A DNA stretch of 53,388 nt, the filler included, from Sluysia triapertura (Eukaryota), in NCBI GenBank assembly GCA_046118255.1. It is 4 parts of 4 records of this genome, joined end to end, with 100 filler letters (N's around TTAATTAATTAA, not from the genome) between each part and the next. Parts side by side here need not be neighbours in the genome. Positions count along the whole stretch, not along the records: positions 11,962 to 25,854 come from JBJNIA010015642.1; positions 25,955 to 37,741 come from JBJNIA010170813.1; 2 more parts are not named here. The stretch is one strand, 5' to 3'. The translations under genes were made by a program, and so were the position numbers. The notes under the pieces were generated by a model. The model made no database searches. It had not been told where the DNA came from and saw only the letters and a list, made by a program, of their open reading frames with translations. Below, piece by piece: positions 14,816-28,987 of the stretch; the stretch's first letter is position 1; each line of letters opens with the position of its first letter.

Positions 14816-15189
14816 CTAAACTAAAATACCACATTTTTATCTTCATTATAATGTTCCAATACACACTTAAATATGAAAATATTGATCGAAAAATTATAAG
14901 CCACTGAAAAATTATAATAGCTGATTTGGCTCAGAGTGATGTTTGGTTGTTCAAACACTTAATGAAGTTCTTGAAATGGCAGAAATTTGAAATATTTTCA
15001 TGAATTATGCTTATGTTTGTACTTATTTTCTTCCTATTTAATGAATAGACCTTAGTTATATAATTTCATTAAAAATCAATAATGGTTTATAATTGGTTGG
15101 TTACATTTTAGGTCGAATTTATATACCTAATTGTTAATGAGAAAAACAATAATTATTATTAGCCAAAAATAAATATTAGATTAACTAAC

Positions 15190-15454
15190 ATAAACCATTT
15201 ACCAAAATCTGTTATTTCAATCTGTTCTATATCATAACGCATGTTTAAATAAAACCAAATTACTAGATGATCTAACTGAAATCTTTCTGGACCAACTAGT
15301 TCAAATATTTTACCTTGATGATTAGCAGCAGTTCCAATTATCTTGACAACAGCTTTTGCAACATCGCCGACATAAATTGGTTGCTTAACAGTTTCTGTAC
15401 CACATTTCCATAAAGGAATTTGAACTTTTCCTGGTATTGTTCTAAGACGTCTCT
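15190..15454 (-). CDS. NDUFA9: Exon of NADH:ubiquinone oxidoreductase 39-kDa subunit (atypical SDR family); isolated, possibly part of a decayed duplicate
   Basis: RRLRTIPGKVQIPLWKCGTETVKQPIYVGDVAKAVVKIIGTAANHQGKIFELVGPERFQLDHLVIWFYLNMR matches the NDUFA9 segment PL...TVKQPVYVxDVxK....GKxFxxVGPxRYxLxHLV; acceptor ttttAG ending 15455 and donor GTTAGT at 15189. Confidence 0.8.
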
Positions 15455-16234
15455 CTAAAAGCATTAATTGAATGAACAATTATTTAATCGATAATTATTT
15501 ATTCAAATTTTAACAGTACTCAAATATGAAAAAATGAATAAGAAACATTCGAATCATTGATCCATAAAAGAATTAAATTAAAATTCCCTAAAACTTAAGG
15601 AAATAAATGTGAAATACTTTGAAACTATTACTAATTCCCTCATTTTTTAAATAAACTTGAGGATTATTGGAGCATAATTTATTGTAAAAAATAAATTCAT
15701 TCGAAATACACATACATTAAACAAAAGAAATGTCTTAAATGTTATTAATTAAATTTTAAAAACAAAACCCAAAAAACTATTCAATTAATAATCATGTTTA
15801 AGAAAAATCTCACAAAATAAGCAGCAGTAAATAACAATATTACTTTTAAGTTTCGTTTATGCATTTTAATAAAGATTCACTTTACTATCGTTTGTTAGTC
15901 CTTCCATAAAAATCAAAATAACAATGCATTGATTTATTGTAAAAATAAAATTGTATGGAAAATTGAACAATTCAAATTTCTTGAAGCATTAACTGATAAA
16001 CTTTCTGATAAATTTTCCATTAATACATGCATTGAAAATTTCATCTATATATTCATGAACCCAATAACCGCAATGAATCAATCATATTGTTGTTAAGTAT
16101 TGGCAATGTTAATTTTTCTAAACCCTCTACACTTCAACTAAATTTGAATCAATTTTCTTATTAAGCATCAACACCTCATACAGTAACAGAGCCTAACAAT
16201 TTATATTTTAACGGTCCAGTTTGTTCAAATATAT

Positions 16235-16740
16235 TTAAACCTTTGCATGGAATTTCTGTACTAAAAATATTAATTTTAATATTAATATTAAATCGCATCT
16301 CAATTTTAAAATTGTTAATTCTTTAATTCTCGACTTCTTCCAACCATTACTATTTTTGTTCTGACAACAATAATAGAATTTTTTGTTGTTTTGTACTTCA
16401 GTACATGTATATGTATAATTTAGACATCGTAATTGAAATATTTTCAAATTTAATGATTGATACACAAAATGATTCAGTTTGAACTTTAATATATCAACAA
16501 TATTAAAAAAGTGATATGTCTGGCTTATAAAATTCCTTTAAAATATTCGCAATATTCATTTGTTTCGAGATGATTGTCATTGAACAGAAATTATGTTTTC
16601 TCCAATTATTATCGAAATTATAAAATTTACGCCATTTTGTTTGTAAACATTAATAAAATTTACAAATTTCAAAATTGAAAACCATTGCTAAAATTCTTGA
16701 TATTGTATAATTCGTTCATAATCCACAAATATCGAATTTC
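16235..16740 (-). mobile_element. Possible decayed Mutator-like (MULE) transposase remnant
   Basis: Fragments SIFVDYER, ICKFY*CLQTKWRKF and NEYCEYFKGIL resemble MULE motifs IMTDFE, GCxFHxxQxxWRK and FxDYFExTY in order; many disruptions. Confidence 0.3.
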
Positions 16741-19292
16741 CATATCAGGTGGTATTACTTGATTACTTTTAAGAAAATTAGATTAACTTCAAACATCGAT
16801 TAATTCGTATTTCAAAATAATCATTCAAATTGTTTTAAATTATCTTCAAAATACAAAAATCAAAAGCGAAATTGAATAATCAACCTTCGAGGTCAAAATA
16901 AAGCAAAAAACGATAAAGACTATAACGAATATTTAAAATAAATAAGAATAATTCGAATTTTCATAACCGAACTGATGATTGTGTAGATAAATACAGAAAT
17001 TTAATGAAATTTTTTTGAGATATCGTATTATTTGTCGAATATTTGAGAATTGTATCATTACTTTTACTCAGGTGTATAAAATTCTAATTGATACTCTTTC
17101 AATAAGACAAGCATCACTTTCACTTAATTAGACTGTAAAAAATAAAACAATACAAATTATATTCATCATTTCAACACGAATTACTAGAAAAACAGACAAT
17201 GAGAATATTATGATCAATAAAATGATAACTTAACTGGAAGATACAATGGAAAAAGTTTATTAGTTCAGATTCAATTTAAGATGAAAAATACATTACAAGC
17301 GACAATAAAATATTTGCCATTGGAAATTATTTTTGGAAAAGGATACATATTTAGAAAGCTTATTAGATTCACAAATTTTACAAATGTCGAAGATTGACCA
17401 GATGTGTCGTAATAAACGTGTAAGTGGAAAATTATCCAAACTTTCAGAAAATGCATGTAGCTATAATATATATATTATTAGATATATTAATTCAAAAGCG
17501 AAAAACAGACCAAACGTATCGATAGAGAATAACAAGGTTAGTGATTCTCTTGTCATAATTTTATAATTATAATTATTTTATAAAATGAGATAAAATAGAA
17601 TTAATAATTATATGATTTATAATCATGACGAAATTGAAATGATACACGTATAGAGTAAAAAATAAGACTATTGTGGTTGTTGGATTCTGAGAGAAACGTC
17701 ATACCGCGAAATTCAAAATTAAAATGTGCCTTAAGCGTATTACGAAAATAATATCAAATTTTAAAACCAATTAAATATTTCATTCATAAGTATAAAATTG
17801 AAAATTTTCTTATGAACCTCTTACAAGAATAATCGTTTTTTTAAAATATTAATAATGATAAAATATACAATTTTCTAAACTTTACAATGAATCTTAAAAG
17901 TATAATTATTTTAACATTTCATTAAGTTAAAAATAAAGACAATTCAAAATACATCTTCCAATATAAATCATAGGCTAAACATTTGTGAATACGCAACAAT
18001 AATACTACCTAAATACTACAACCATTGTTATTATTATTATAATTATAACCTGACTATTGTCAATGTGTGTGTAATAAATATATTAATTTAAATCTAAAAA
18101 CAGGTGTCAACGTGTAAATATAGATTCAATGTCAATATGTAAGTACAATATATAAATCTAATACATAAATCTAAAAATAGTATTCTAAAAATAAAATTAT
18201 TGATTTTAAATAGTTAGAAAATTGTTGGTATTAATATTTATATTTTATTATTTTATTTTGTTAATTATTATTATTAAAATCATTATTAATATTATATTTT
18301 TTAATTTTTTAAACAAATCTCTAATTCTTTAAACAAATCAATTCTTCAAATAAATATCGGTCAAGGTTATCATTTAATATAAAAGTCACGTAAAACCAAA
18401 CAAAAACACACAACCACAAGATTTTCTTATCACGATTTTTCAAGAGACTTTTGGAATTCTCTTAATTTTATTCGGCGATTAATTGAAACCACATTCAATC
18501 TTTTCTTCAACGATTATTTGAAGTATATTTGATACTTTCCTCGACGATTATTTTGGACATTTGCTTTTTTCTTGGGAATTCACTTATAATTCATTGTTGT
18601 AACCGTTAGTTAGTTTTTTATAAGTTTCTTCAATTTTAATAGATTGTAAACTCTGTACATAATGAATTTTTAAATTTTTGTAAATTACCCTTTTTAAGAG
18701 GAAGATAATTAATTAATAAAAGATTATATTATAATCTTTGTTAAAATATTCATACACTTATCATATAATTTTTATAAAAACCATTTTGTATAATTTTTAC
18801 TTAATATACCTTATATTCTTGATTTTATTTATTAATCAACATAAGGTCGCTGATTTTATTTGGTCGTAAAATCCAGGTAAAATTTCATAGAGAAAAGATA
18901 AAAAGATTTAAGGAACACAGTTTTTGAAATACGGTTGTTAAATCGACTTAAATTATTTTGAATTTTTGATATTTTAAATTTTTAAGATAAAATTAACTAG
19001 CCTTACCTCTGAACAAAAAACCCAAATCGAAATTAAACAAAATTAACTAAGATTGTTCTAACTTATAAATTGAAAGAACTAAGTTAATTTTTTTAACAGT
19101 TAAAGCCTAAGTTAATATTGAATAAAATTCACTAACTTTGCCTAAAAGATTTTGTTCATTTTAAAGAGCCGATTTTTAACTTTTAAATTAGAGAGTTAAC
19201 ACTAGTTTTACGTAAAATTCAGTAACTTAGTAAAGTATAATTGACTTAATATCAACTTGCTATGCCTCCATATAAGTTCTTCTAAAATACTG

Positions 19293-19342
19293 CTTACAAC
19301 TTAGCCCTTAAGTGCGTAAGTCTAAGATTATAAGGAACTCAC
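19293..19342 (-). repeat. Short dispersed self-complementary repeat, copy 2
   Basis: Reverse complement GTGAGTTCCTTATAATCTTAGACTTACGCACTTAAGGGCTAAGTTGTAAG aligns without gaps to 129-178. Confidence 0.75.
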
Positions 19343-22300
19343 AGTAAAGAATAAGTATAAATTAAAAAAAATTTCTTACACTATTATAATTATACTATGC
19401 TAATAATAATAATTATTATTATTAAAATAAATATATTTATAACATTAACTTTAATTAATTGGTTTTTAAAAATATCATCAAATTAGTATTTTAATTGTTA
19501 TTATAGTAATTAGTAATTAATTGAAAATACTAATTAATTAAATACTAATTAATTGCTTGTTTGTTCACCTGATTGTTTTCGTATAATAATTAAAAATTAT
19601 CCTGCAAATTTATCAAGTAACACGATATAAATAAATTAAAATAAGCCAAAGATTATAAAATATAGAAATTTCTTGATCAGGTAGAATTTAAAGTAAAAAT
19701 TAAATACATAAATTACTATCAAATTCACATCAAAAACAAATCAACCATAGATAAACGCAAGTAATATTTATTTTTACAAACTGTCCTTGACATCAATAAA
19801 ATACCTATAAAATGCAATTGTCCAGAGAGATCACTATAGATTTACATTCTAATATTTATAATATAATGATAATAATTATAATAATGATAATAATTTATTA
19901 ATAATAATAATAATAATAGAACCCAGTAACCTCATAAAATTTTTAATAAATTTTAAACACCATAAATATTATAAAAAATGATCTAAAAGTAAAAATATTT
20001 AACAAAATTGTATTGCATTTTACTAAAAACATCCAGATGTCAACGAGTAATTGTATTACAATACAAGAACAATTAAAAAATAAAAAAACATTTTATAAGT
20101 GTCTGAATGTTCTTAAACGAAAATTTTATATCAGCCAGTAATTTTCCTTTATAATTACTGCATACTTTATATGATTTAAACTCTAAGGTTTTATCTTGGA
20201 AATGTAAATCAAGATTCAAGAATCTAAATTATTATTGTTAATGCGAACTTCTTTTACTAATTTATTTCACAAGTGATGTCTACACTCTGTATATTATATT
20301 TACCTTATCTGGAAGTGAGAATTCGAATACTCGTCTCAGTTATCCGGGATAAATAATCGATTAATTATTCAGTTAAACTACTATTGTCCGACTATGTTTC
20401 TATTATTTTCGTTTAATTTAACTTCAAGATACTTCATTATACCTTATTCAACTTTATTTGGATTTATAATAATTCTATTCTATTGTAAAAAGAAACTTTT
20501 ATTTTATATACTTTAATTTTATTTTGCAGCTTTATTACCCATCCCTAACAAAGTTGAACGACGATAATTTTATTTCAAATCGAATAATAAAATAATTAAC
20601 ACAATATAATTGTAATAATATAATGAAACTTAATTAAAATGATTATTTTCATTTTATTTTATATTTACGTAATAACTTTAGTTATAATTTTATATTTAAT
20701 ATTCAGACTAAAAACAAACCTTACACGATAATATCATTAATTCAATCAGATTATATTTAAAGTTCGCTCCAAATGTTTGTGATTTAAAAGAGATTTAATG
20801 TCACTACAGAATGATTTCCAATTACTGTCCCAAATAAATACGATTTCGGCCAAGTAATAAATGAACGTAGATCCAACTAATTAGTCTTATGATTGTTGTT
20901 TTTATTAAATTATTTAATGTCATAAGCGTTAGTTCGATATAAATGTATTATAATATAAATCTGATTTGACAAATTATTTGATATTATAAACATTAATTTA
21001 ATTGTAATATAGTATTTCTTGTCTGTTATGTAAATATATTAATTATTATTATTATTAATTATTTTCAGTCTGAACGAATATTATAAGCGTTAGATTGATT
21101 ATGTACAGTAATTAATTATTTATTATTCTGAACATATATTATGGTGATCAATTACATATAATTTAAATATTTATAATTTTGAACGAATATTGTGATATTA
21201 AATTTTAATCATATATTATTTTTATTTAATCGTAATTGAAGATGAGTTTAGTCGATGAATTTTAAATTTTGATTAATACTGGTTCTATTTATCCTAATTT
21301 AATGATTTCATTTTATTTATCATAATGTTCTAAATGATGTTTTTAAAATAATTTTGATAGGATATTATGTTCTTAAAATTTGATTTCATATTCTTTTTAT
21401 TAATTCTTATTTTTAAGATGATTTTATTGATTGTAATAGTAAGATTTTGTGTTTATAAATTTTGATTCTATACTGCTTTTATGTAATCTCACTTTAAAAT
21501 GATTACTTATAAAATTTCAATTTAAAATTTATTGTTATTTGCCTCTATGTAACCTCATTTTAATCTAATATAAAAGCATTATAATCTCTAATTTTTAAAA
21601 TAATGATTTTAAAATTATTTTAAAATGAAAAATAAATGATTTTTTTAAATTTATTTTTAAAAAATGTAGATTTGAAAACAAAATGAGCATTATTACATGT
21701 CTATAATCGAAGGAATTGGGTATTTAGGAAATTTCATATTTAATTTTAATTTTAATTTAATTTAAATCGCTCTAATTTTCAAAATTTTCAGATGATGTAA
21801 CATCTACATGTAAATCAAGAGTACTTACATTAATAAAATATAATTTAATGTTGAAGCCAAAAACAAAATGGTTAGACATGCCCGTAAAAGATTCAGATGA
21901 AGTTAATACTCAAGAAACTAAATTAATTGATATAAAATTGGACTCAGTTAAGTGTCACAATTACACTCGCATTTGTTTGAATTTTCAGATTTCTAGATTA
22001 ATATTAGACTGAACGTTTGATTCGAGAACTAGATCAACAAAATGCTGACACAGAACATAATCAAAAATCATAAGTTACACTTATGCACTTTACGTATTAA
22101 AATTTAACAGAAATATCAATTAACATTTTTCTTTGAATATCTTCATTCTCTGTGGCCTTTCCCACAAAACTGGTGTCACGGTAAATCAAATACCTTATAG
22201 ACATAAAATAGTTATATTCCTTCTACGAATGAATAAGTTTTTTGTTATTATAATAATAATTTTTATAAAACGTTTAACAATAAAAAATCTATTTTTAAAA

Positions 22301-23369
22301 ATAATAATAAGCATAAAGTTCATGACAACTTTAATGCTAATATTAACGATAACAATTATAATAATAATAATGTAAATTAATCATTTTATACAACAATCCG
22401 GTGAACTTTTTAAATCCACATCTTAAATAGTGGAATAAACTCACGAGCTTGACTTTAAAATATATTATATTTGAAACTTTCATTTTACAGAGCAGAGTAA
22501 AATTATTTATCAATTTGTTCTAAATACATTGTTATTTAAAGTATATTAATAAATTGTATTTGTTAACGACATAATTGACATAATCCTTGCACACTCGAAT
22601 TTCTTTAAGAATATTATCTTTTAAAATCCTCTGTGCAAGTCATTTATTATCTTAATTAACAGAAACCATATCACCATGAAAACATTACCTCATTCAAAAC
22701 TCTTAATCTTTTCAAAACAAATTTTTATATTTTTTATAAAAAATTGTTTTATGCTTAAGTATTATATTTCTAAAACATTCTGAAATCATTTAAAATTATC
22801 CTCTTTATTATAAAAATATCATTAATCCATAGGTAAATGTTAATCAAAAACTAGCACAATTAGGGCAATATCAACAATAAACAAGTAAAAATTCTGAAGC
22901 ACCAATAACTGATAAAAGTACAACAATGAAATATCGTAAAATATCGTTATTATTCTTATCACCAACTATCCGATTACTTTATTATTTTATTTTATTATTT
23001 TTATTTCTTATGAATTATGATATTTTTATTTATGTAAATTATATTTTAAATAAAAGAAAAAAGCAAAAAATATTTTGTTTAAATATTGAAATATCACTCA
23101 TAAAATTTTAATAGAAAATTATCAATACAGATTCAAAAACTATTTTTAATAGTTAAAACTTATATTAAATGTAAGATCAATAGAGGATAAAAATTCGTTT
23201 TTTTCATTTTGATCTTCATGATGATATTATGAGTTATTATATAAATGTCTTTAAAGAACCAAAATAAATCTCTACTCATATGCAAAACAATATATTAAAA
23301 ATTCTTCTTTTAATATTAAAAATGTAATCAAAAATAGACCCAATTATGAATTACCGAATGTATATAAAA

Positions 23370-23465
23370 AACTGGATTAAAGAAATTCAGAACTTCGTTT
23401 GCACAATTATATCGAGGTATAATAAGAAGCATGAATTTAAATAATCCTACCGATCAAAGGCATAA

Positions 23466-23498
<33 letters not shown>

Positions 23499-24045
23499 CA
23501 ACATAATTTAAATAATTTAAGCATCTTAAGAGACATCAATTGGAACGTACAACAAATAATGCATTATCCAAAATCATCCTTTTAAAACCATAAGATTTCG
23601 CGTTAAATATTTACATCAAATTTAATTCAATTTTAAATGTAAATTTCGAATGACAAAAATGATACTGACTGCAGATGTCTAAACAGTGCTGCAAAATCTA
23701 ATTATGTATCCGTCGCTTTTTATCGGAATTTTAATAGTAGTACTGTTTCTTATTTTTATATCGTAAAAAACATTTTTAATCATAGTTTTTTTATTACAAA
23801 TGTATAAAAGATCTCATTCCCTGTTAGCATTGCCAGCGATAATGTTGTAATAATTTCGAATTTAATTAAAGACAAGCTGAAATTAACTATTAATCACAAT
23901 TTATATGAAAACAAAGTGTTATCAGTAGAGTTAGTAAATTTGATGCCCGATGGAGCGAGCCTTATCACTCTACCCGTCTGGAAGAGAATCAGGAAATTCC
24001 ATTTCAGCGTAATCTCGTACATCAATGTCTATATAAATGTAAATT
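23370..24045 (+). mobile_element. Decayed Ty3/Gypsy integrase with GPY/F motif, interrupted by (TA)n at 23472-23498
   Basis: IISRY...IL(T)DQ(G)-like segment, QLERT (cf. GQxERxN), SRVSKFDARWSEPY (GPY/F motif) and NLVHQCLYK (cf. VHxxRLK) in order. Confidence 0.55.
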
Positions 24046-24728
24046 CAGACTTAATTATAGCTAAGAGATTGTTAATCGCCAATATGAGTTTGAATTTAAT
24101 TATTTTAAAAATTTCCTTAATACATTATTAAACGTGAACTAGATTATTTCGATGTCAAGATATCGGCATATGTCGACTACACCTTTTTACTAATTATATC
24201 TTTGTTGCTTCGGCCACGTTTGAATCACCTACTCTGACAAGACGTGTAGAAACGCTGGTTAAAGTGTCGACAACGGACTTCATATGGTTTCGATAGAATA
24301 GACAAATAATATCACAACTAAAGTTTCATTGTTAACGAATATTTTAAAAGTTATTGATTTTAAAAGATATAAGTTTTTATATCTTTACACTTGTAAATTG
24401 TGTTTTACTAAATATAAAAAGCTTGAGAGCGAAATACGATCTTGTCCTTTATAAGACGTCAATGTAAGATCGTGTGTTCTTGTCTAGTACTTATCTTTGC
24501 GCAACTTATACTCGTAAATTTTTAGTGTTCCTGTTATCTCATTTATAAAAGTCTTAATATTTGTCGGATTAAAGAGTTTTTTATTTGATTTATCAAAAAT
24601 TTCATTTTTATGAATTTTAATATCGGTTTAAGGCCGTAAAAACTATCAACGTTTAATTTTTGAATTAGAATCAATTAAAAAAGCAAAACAGCAGATAATT
24701 AATGAAATATTAAAAGCACATAATAAAT

Positions 24729-25790
24729 TATAAAGCAAATGTTTCATCTCTAAATAAGGTACATTTATGGATACCATCTAAATGAACTATCCATGACTAT
24801 GTAACAATGTAGGATTTTGATTCACCATATGATACATCATAAGATTGTAATATATCATCATGCACTCTCCAAACGTGACTACTGAGAACTTTAACACGAA
24901 CTTAAAACTTTAGAATTAAACAGCATTGATATTTTAATGCTAATAAGGCATTAAAAGAAACGTTATTAATAAATGTACTATCATCAAATTTATCTTGTAA
25001 CAAATATTAGTAATGAATTCAATACCTTAGGCAAAGAAGATAGTCCATATTTCTCTGATGAAAAATACTATTGATGTCGCATTAACATCAGGTGCGTATG
25101 AATTGAATATCAAATCTTTTAGACCTTCGCAAGTTTGAGATGAATTTCCTAGCATTACAAAGATATGTAAAAAAGTATCTAAAAAGTATCAGCTAAACAA
25201 CCATATCTAACAAAATTTAGTTCATCTTTTACATATAACACCATGCATGGTTTAGTGAATAAAATTCTACATTGCACATAACAAAATACATGATAAAAAT
25301 CATTTTATAGTTATGTATTTGTCTATCCTTACTTTCAGTCAGATACCTAGATTAGTAACTATAACACTCTTTAACAAATACAAAATTTAGTTTACTTAAT
25401 AAATCATTAGGAAGATTTACAATTATATCTCGAGGTGTTATTGAATCAAAAGTCTCAGTAGCATAAGATTTTATTCTTAATTTAAAACGAGTAAAATAAT
25501 TTTCAATATTATCATATTTAACTTGTAAAATGTGACTTATAACATAAGGTTCTGATATTATTTTTACTTCAGTAGTATCAGTGATAATTTGATGATTCTT
25601 TATCAGCCGTTCGAACATAAAAAAGTAAAACTTCACGATGCAATAATAAAACAAAAATATTTAGCATATTATCCGATAAGATAAAGTAGAGCATTATCAT
25701 TATAAAACACTGTTTAAACTTTATTTTCGTAAGCAAAACTTTCGACACTACCTCTAGATTCCAAGTAGTCTCGATGCATGTCATACATAT
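24729..25790 (-). pseudogene. Long frameshifted, apparently intronless decayed ORF of unknown family
   Basis: Protein-like stretches tile about 1 kb: ...ISHILQVKYDNIENYFTRFKLRIKSYATETFDSITPRDIIVNLPNDLLSKLNFVFVKECY / CRILFTKPCMVLYVKDELNFVRYGCLADTF / SQTCEGLKDLIFNSYAPDVNA / VRVKVLSSHVWRVHDDILQSYDVSYGESKSYIVT*SWIVHLDGIHKCTLFRDETFAL*. Confidence 0.45.
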
Positions 25791-25854
25791 TCATATGAGA
25801 TTCAAAACAAAAGTTGGTATCTCTATCAGAAAGATACTTTTCAAATTGTTACCT

Positions 25855-25954
25855 NNNNNNNNNNNNNNNNNNNNNNNNNNNNNNNNNNNNNNNNNNNNTT
25901 AATTAATTAANNNNNNNNNNNNNNNNNNNNNNNNNNNNNNNNNNNNNNNNNNNN
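25855..25954. other. Artificial 100-bp assembly spacer
   Basis: N44-TTAATTAATTAA-N44. Confidence 0.95.
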
Positions 25955-26059
25955 TCTTACAGTTATCATCCTTAAACGTATTTTTATCATAATCACCATT
26001 CATCTATCTTGAAATCATTTTGGTTGAGTGAAATTTTCATTTTATGAATCATAAATTAA

Positions 26060-26610
26060 TTGATTGATGATGATACGTCTAAAAGCATGGATTCAGATGG
26101 AAAATTTGTAGTATCAACAGGTTGTAGATTAGCGAGAAAACTGAAAAAGATACCCTTTGATCCACGAATGACTGGGGCTTATTATGAAGCTAATTATGTT
26201 TACATTAAAAATTTTTCTACAAATAATTTAGATATTGTTGTATTTCTTTTGGATTACCGAAAAATTTTGTAATCAAGTAATAGATAACAAATGTAGAGTG
26301 ATCTTATGTAGCTTTTATTGACTGTAAATTTCTTTTTCTTTTTGAATTAATATATATGTATGTATTTTACATTGATCAATAACATTAGATATTTTAAAGT
26401 TATCATATATGCAAATTAATTTATGTTAAGTAAAGATTTATCGAATGATTCAACATTTGAACATTTTAAAATAATCCATATTTTGTTGTATGAATAAAGT
26501 TAGTAATCAAGTAATAGATGGCAAATGTAGAATGATTTTATGTAACTTTTATGGAGTTGACTGTGAGGTTCTTTTGTTTTTTGATTTGATAGATATATAC
26601 GATATAATAC
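26060..26610 (+). pseudogene. Decayed ORF with an internal 234-bp (78-codon) duplication
   Basis: 26269-26362 (GTAATCAAGTAATAGATAACAAATGTAGAGTGATCTTATGTAGC...) repeats at 26503-26602 (GTAATCAAGTAATAGATGGCAAATGTAGAATGATTTTATGTAAC...); translations NQVIDNKCRVILCSF vs NQVIDGKCRMILCNF. Confidence 0.5.
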
Positions 26611-28906
26611 TCATTAGTAAAACAAGAATTGTACATATAAATAATAACATCATGAGTTTTTATTATTTTTATTTTATAATACGAAATTATAACACAGTAA
26701 TTAAACTAATAAGAAATCTCAATATCAAAATGAATTAACAATTACTTTTAATAATAATGTATAATGTATAAATTCAATTGTTCCTTAATAACAATATAAT
26801 ATCTCAATAAATCTTTTAATTATCACAATTAATAACTATTTTTTTATAATAATATATCTTCAATACACAAATTTACAGTTACAAATCTCTGTCTATAAAA
26901 AACTAAATCTACAAAAATTCAGGGTTAACACAACACAATAAATGTTGACAACCGTATTAACAGCAATAAAATAACAAAACTCGAGCTTCCTAACCTTGAT
27001 AACAACAAAATCACTCTTTTTTAAATTTTAATCAATTGCTAATTATGAGTCCTCAGTCACAATGTTATTCGAAATTGTGTTGGCAGAGTGCCCCTAATGG
27101 AGACAAAGCTTTGTAAAGTCTTCTTCTGTCCAGCTAAGTTAATCTTTCTTTTTAATATTACTACCGAAATCTCACTGCTTAAGAAATTGGAAATTGGAAA
27201 AGACGGAAATAATTACTTGTTAAACCATTTCCTCTTTTTAGTCGATGATAAGCCGACCAATTTTAATAATTAAAATTCAGTAGTAATTTCCACTTGTGTC
27301 CAATTTCATTGCCTTCTGCAATTACCAAGGGATAATGGGATTTGTGATAAACTATCCACTTATATTTTCACATCCTTATTACATTAATATTCTGTTTTTA
27401 AAACAATTTATCAACTTAAAAGTAAAAATAAAATTAATGTAATACTAAATTGTTTTCATAGAAATCTTTTATATAATACGTTGTGCATAAACCATACGTC
27501 GCACTTTCATTTCAATGACACGTTGTTTATCTCTTCATGAACATTAATTAAATATACACTTTAATTATACTTAAACATCACATCATATATAAATTTAATT
27601 TTAGATTATAAAAATAATTAAAATAACTAATTTTTACGTTACCTGCGTTGACATGCTTTGTAACACTTCATCATTAAGAATACAAATAAAATCCAGCATT
27701 AATTCTAATGTTATTTTATCATGAGCAAACATTTTCCACTAAGTTATCAAATTAAACAATTTTTAATTAAATTAATTAATAAATGTTCTTTAATATTTTA
27801 ACAAATAGCACCTTATAAAGGGTTATTTCATCGTATCTTTCATTCTTTTGCTTTGATTCAAATATTTTATTATCAGAATTCATCACAATGTTTCATCACA
27901 ATGCATCACAATGATTCCTCAATGATACTTATTTTATTCTTATGTTATGACTTATAACCCCTCTATTCTTCCTTATCTTTAACTAAACCTAACATAAATA
28001 AAGACTTTGTTACTAATCTCCATGCTTCATTTGTACTGAAAGATAATTTAAAAGTTATAGTAAAGAATTATCAAATCAAGCTAATAATTAATTTACGATA
28101 TGTCTGACACTTTGACAATTTTAAAATATTTAAAGATATTTTATTTGACTTTTTAGATTCAAGTTTAATGATTCAATTTTATATACAAAGCGTGCTACTA
28201 TAAGACGATCCAAGAAGCATCATGACTATGTTATTGATAATAATATTAAAGTCACGTTTTTTCTTTAAGTAAATTACGTTATGATTTAATTAAAATTTGT
28301 AAATTAAAAGCCTCTCAAAATTTAAGTGCTGTTTGTCAAGTCTGGATCTAAAAATTTCATATAAATTTAATAATAATAATTAATAAAAACAATATAAAAA
28401 TTAATAAAATTATGAATATAATTATTAATTAAAATTAAAAAGTAATAATAATTGTTATTACTATTATAGAAATTAATAATAATAGAGATACTAATGATAA
28501 TGATGGAAGCCAAGGTGATTTACAGAGAAATTGTTTACCATAAGAAAGTTGGTAATAATAATAATATTCATAATCATAATAACTGATGAAACTATTGTTT
28601 TAATTAATTCTACAAGATTTATCAAGAAATTACTTAAGAAAATTAATTGGATAAACTAAAAGACATAGAATAAAGCCTTGTTAAGACATTATTCTGAATC
28701 CAATGTAAATTTAATCACAAAACGTAACGTTGACGCATTACGTATTGAAAATACTTTTCTCTGTTAGAAGTTATTAAAAGTGGAAAATTATATCAATGTG
28801 AGTATATATAAATGTATAAATGTCACTTTATGTGAAAAGAATGCTGAATATTGAAAAAGAATGTATATTTAAAAATTAATTAATCATACTGTTATGCTTC
28901 ATTAAA

Positions 28907-28987
28907 TGGACTGACCGGGATTCGAATCCTGGCCCTCTTACCGCGCAGCTGCGAGGTTCGATGCTTTGTCCACTGTGCTATTTGCCC
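28907..28987 (-). ncRNA. tRNA-derived sequence (SINE head or tRNA pseudogene)
   Basis: Minus strand has A-box TAGCACAGTGG and B-box GATTCGAATCCC, but acceptor (GGGCAAA/TCAGTCC) and T stems contain mismatches and the anticodon arm is not canonical; a GC-rich island in AT-rich DNA. Confidence 0.7.
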
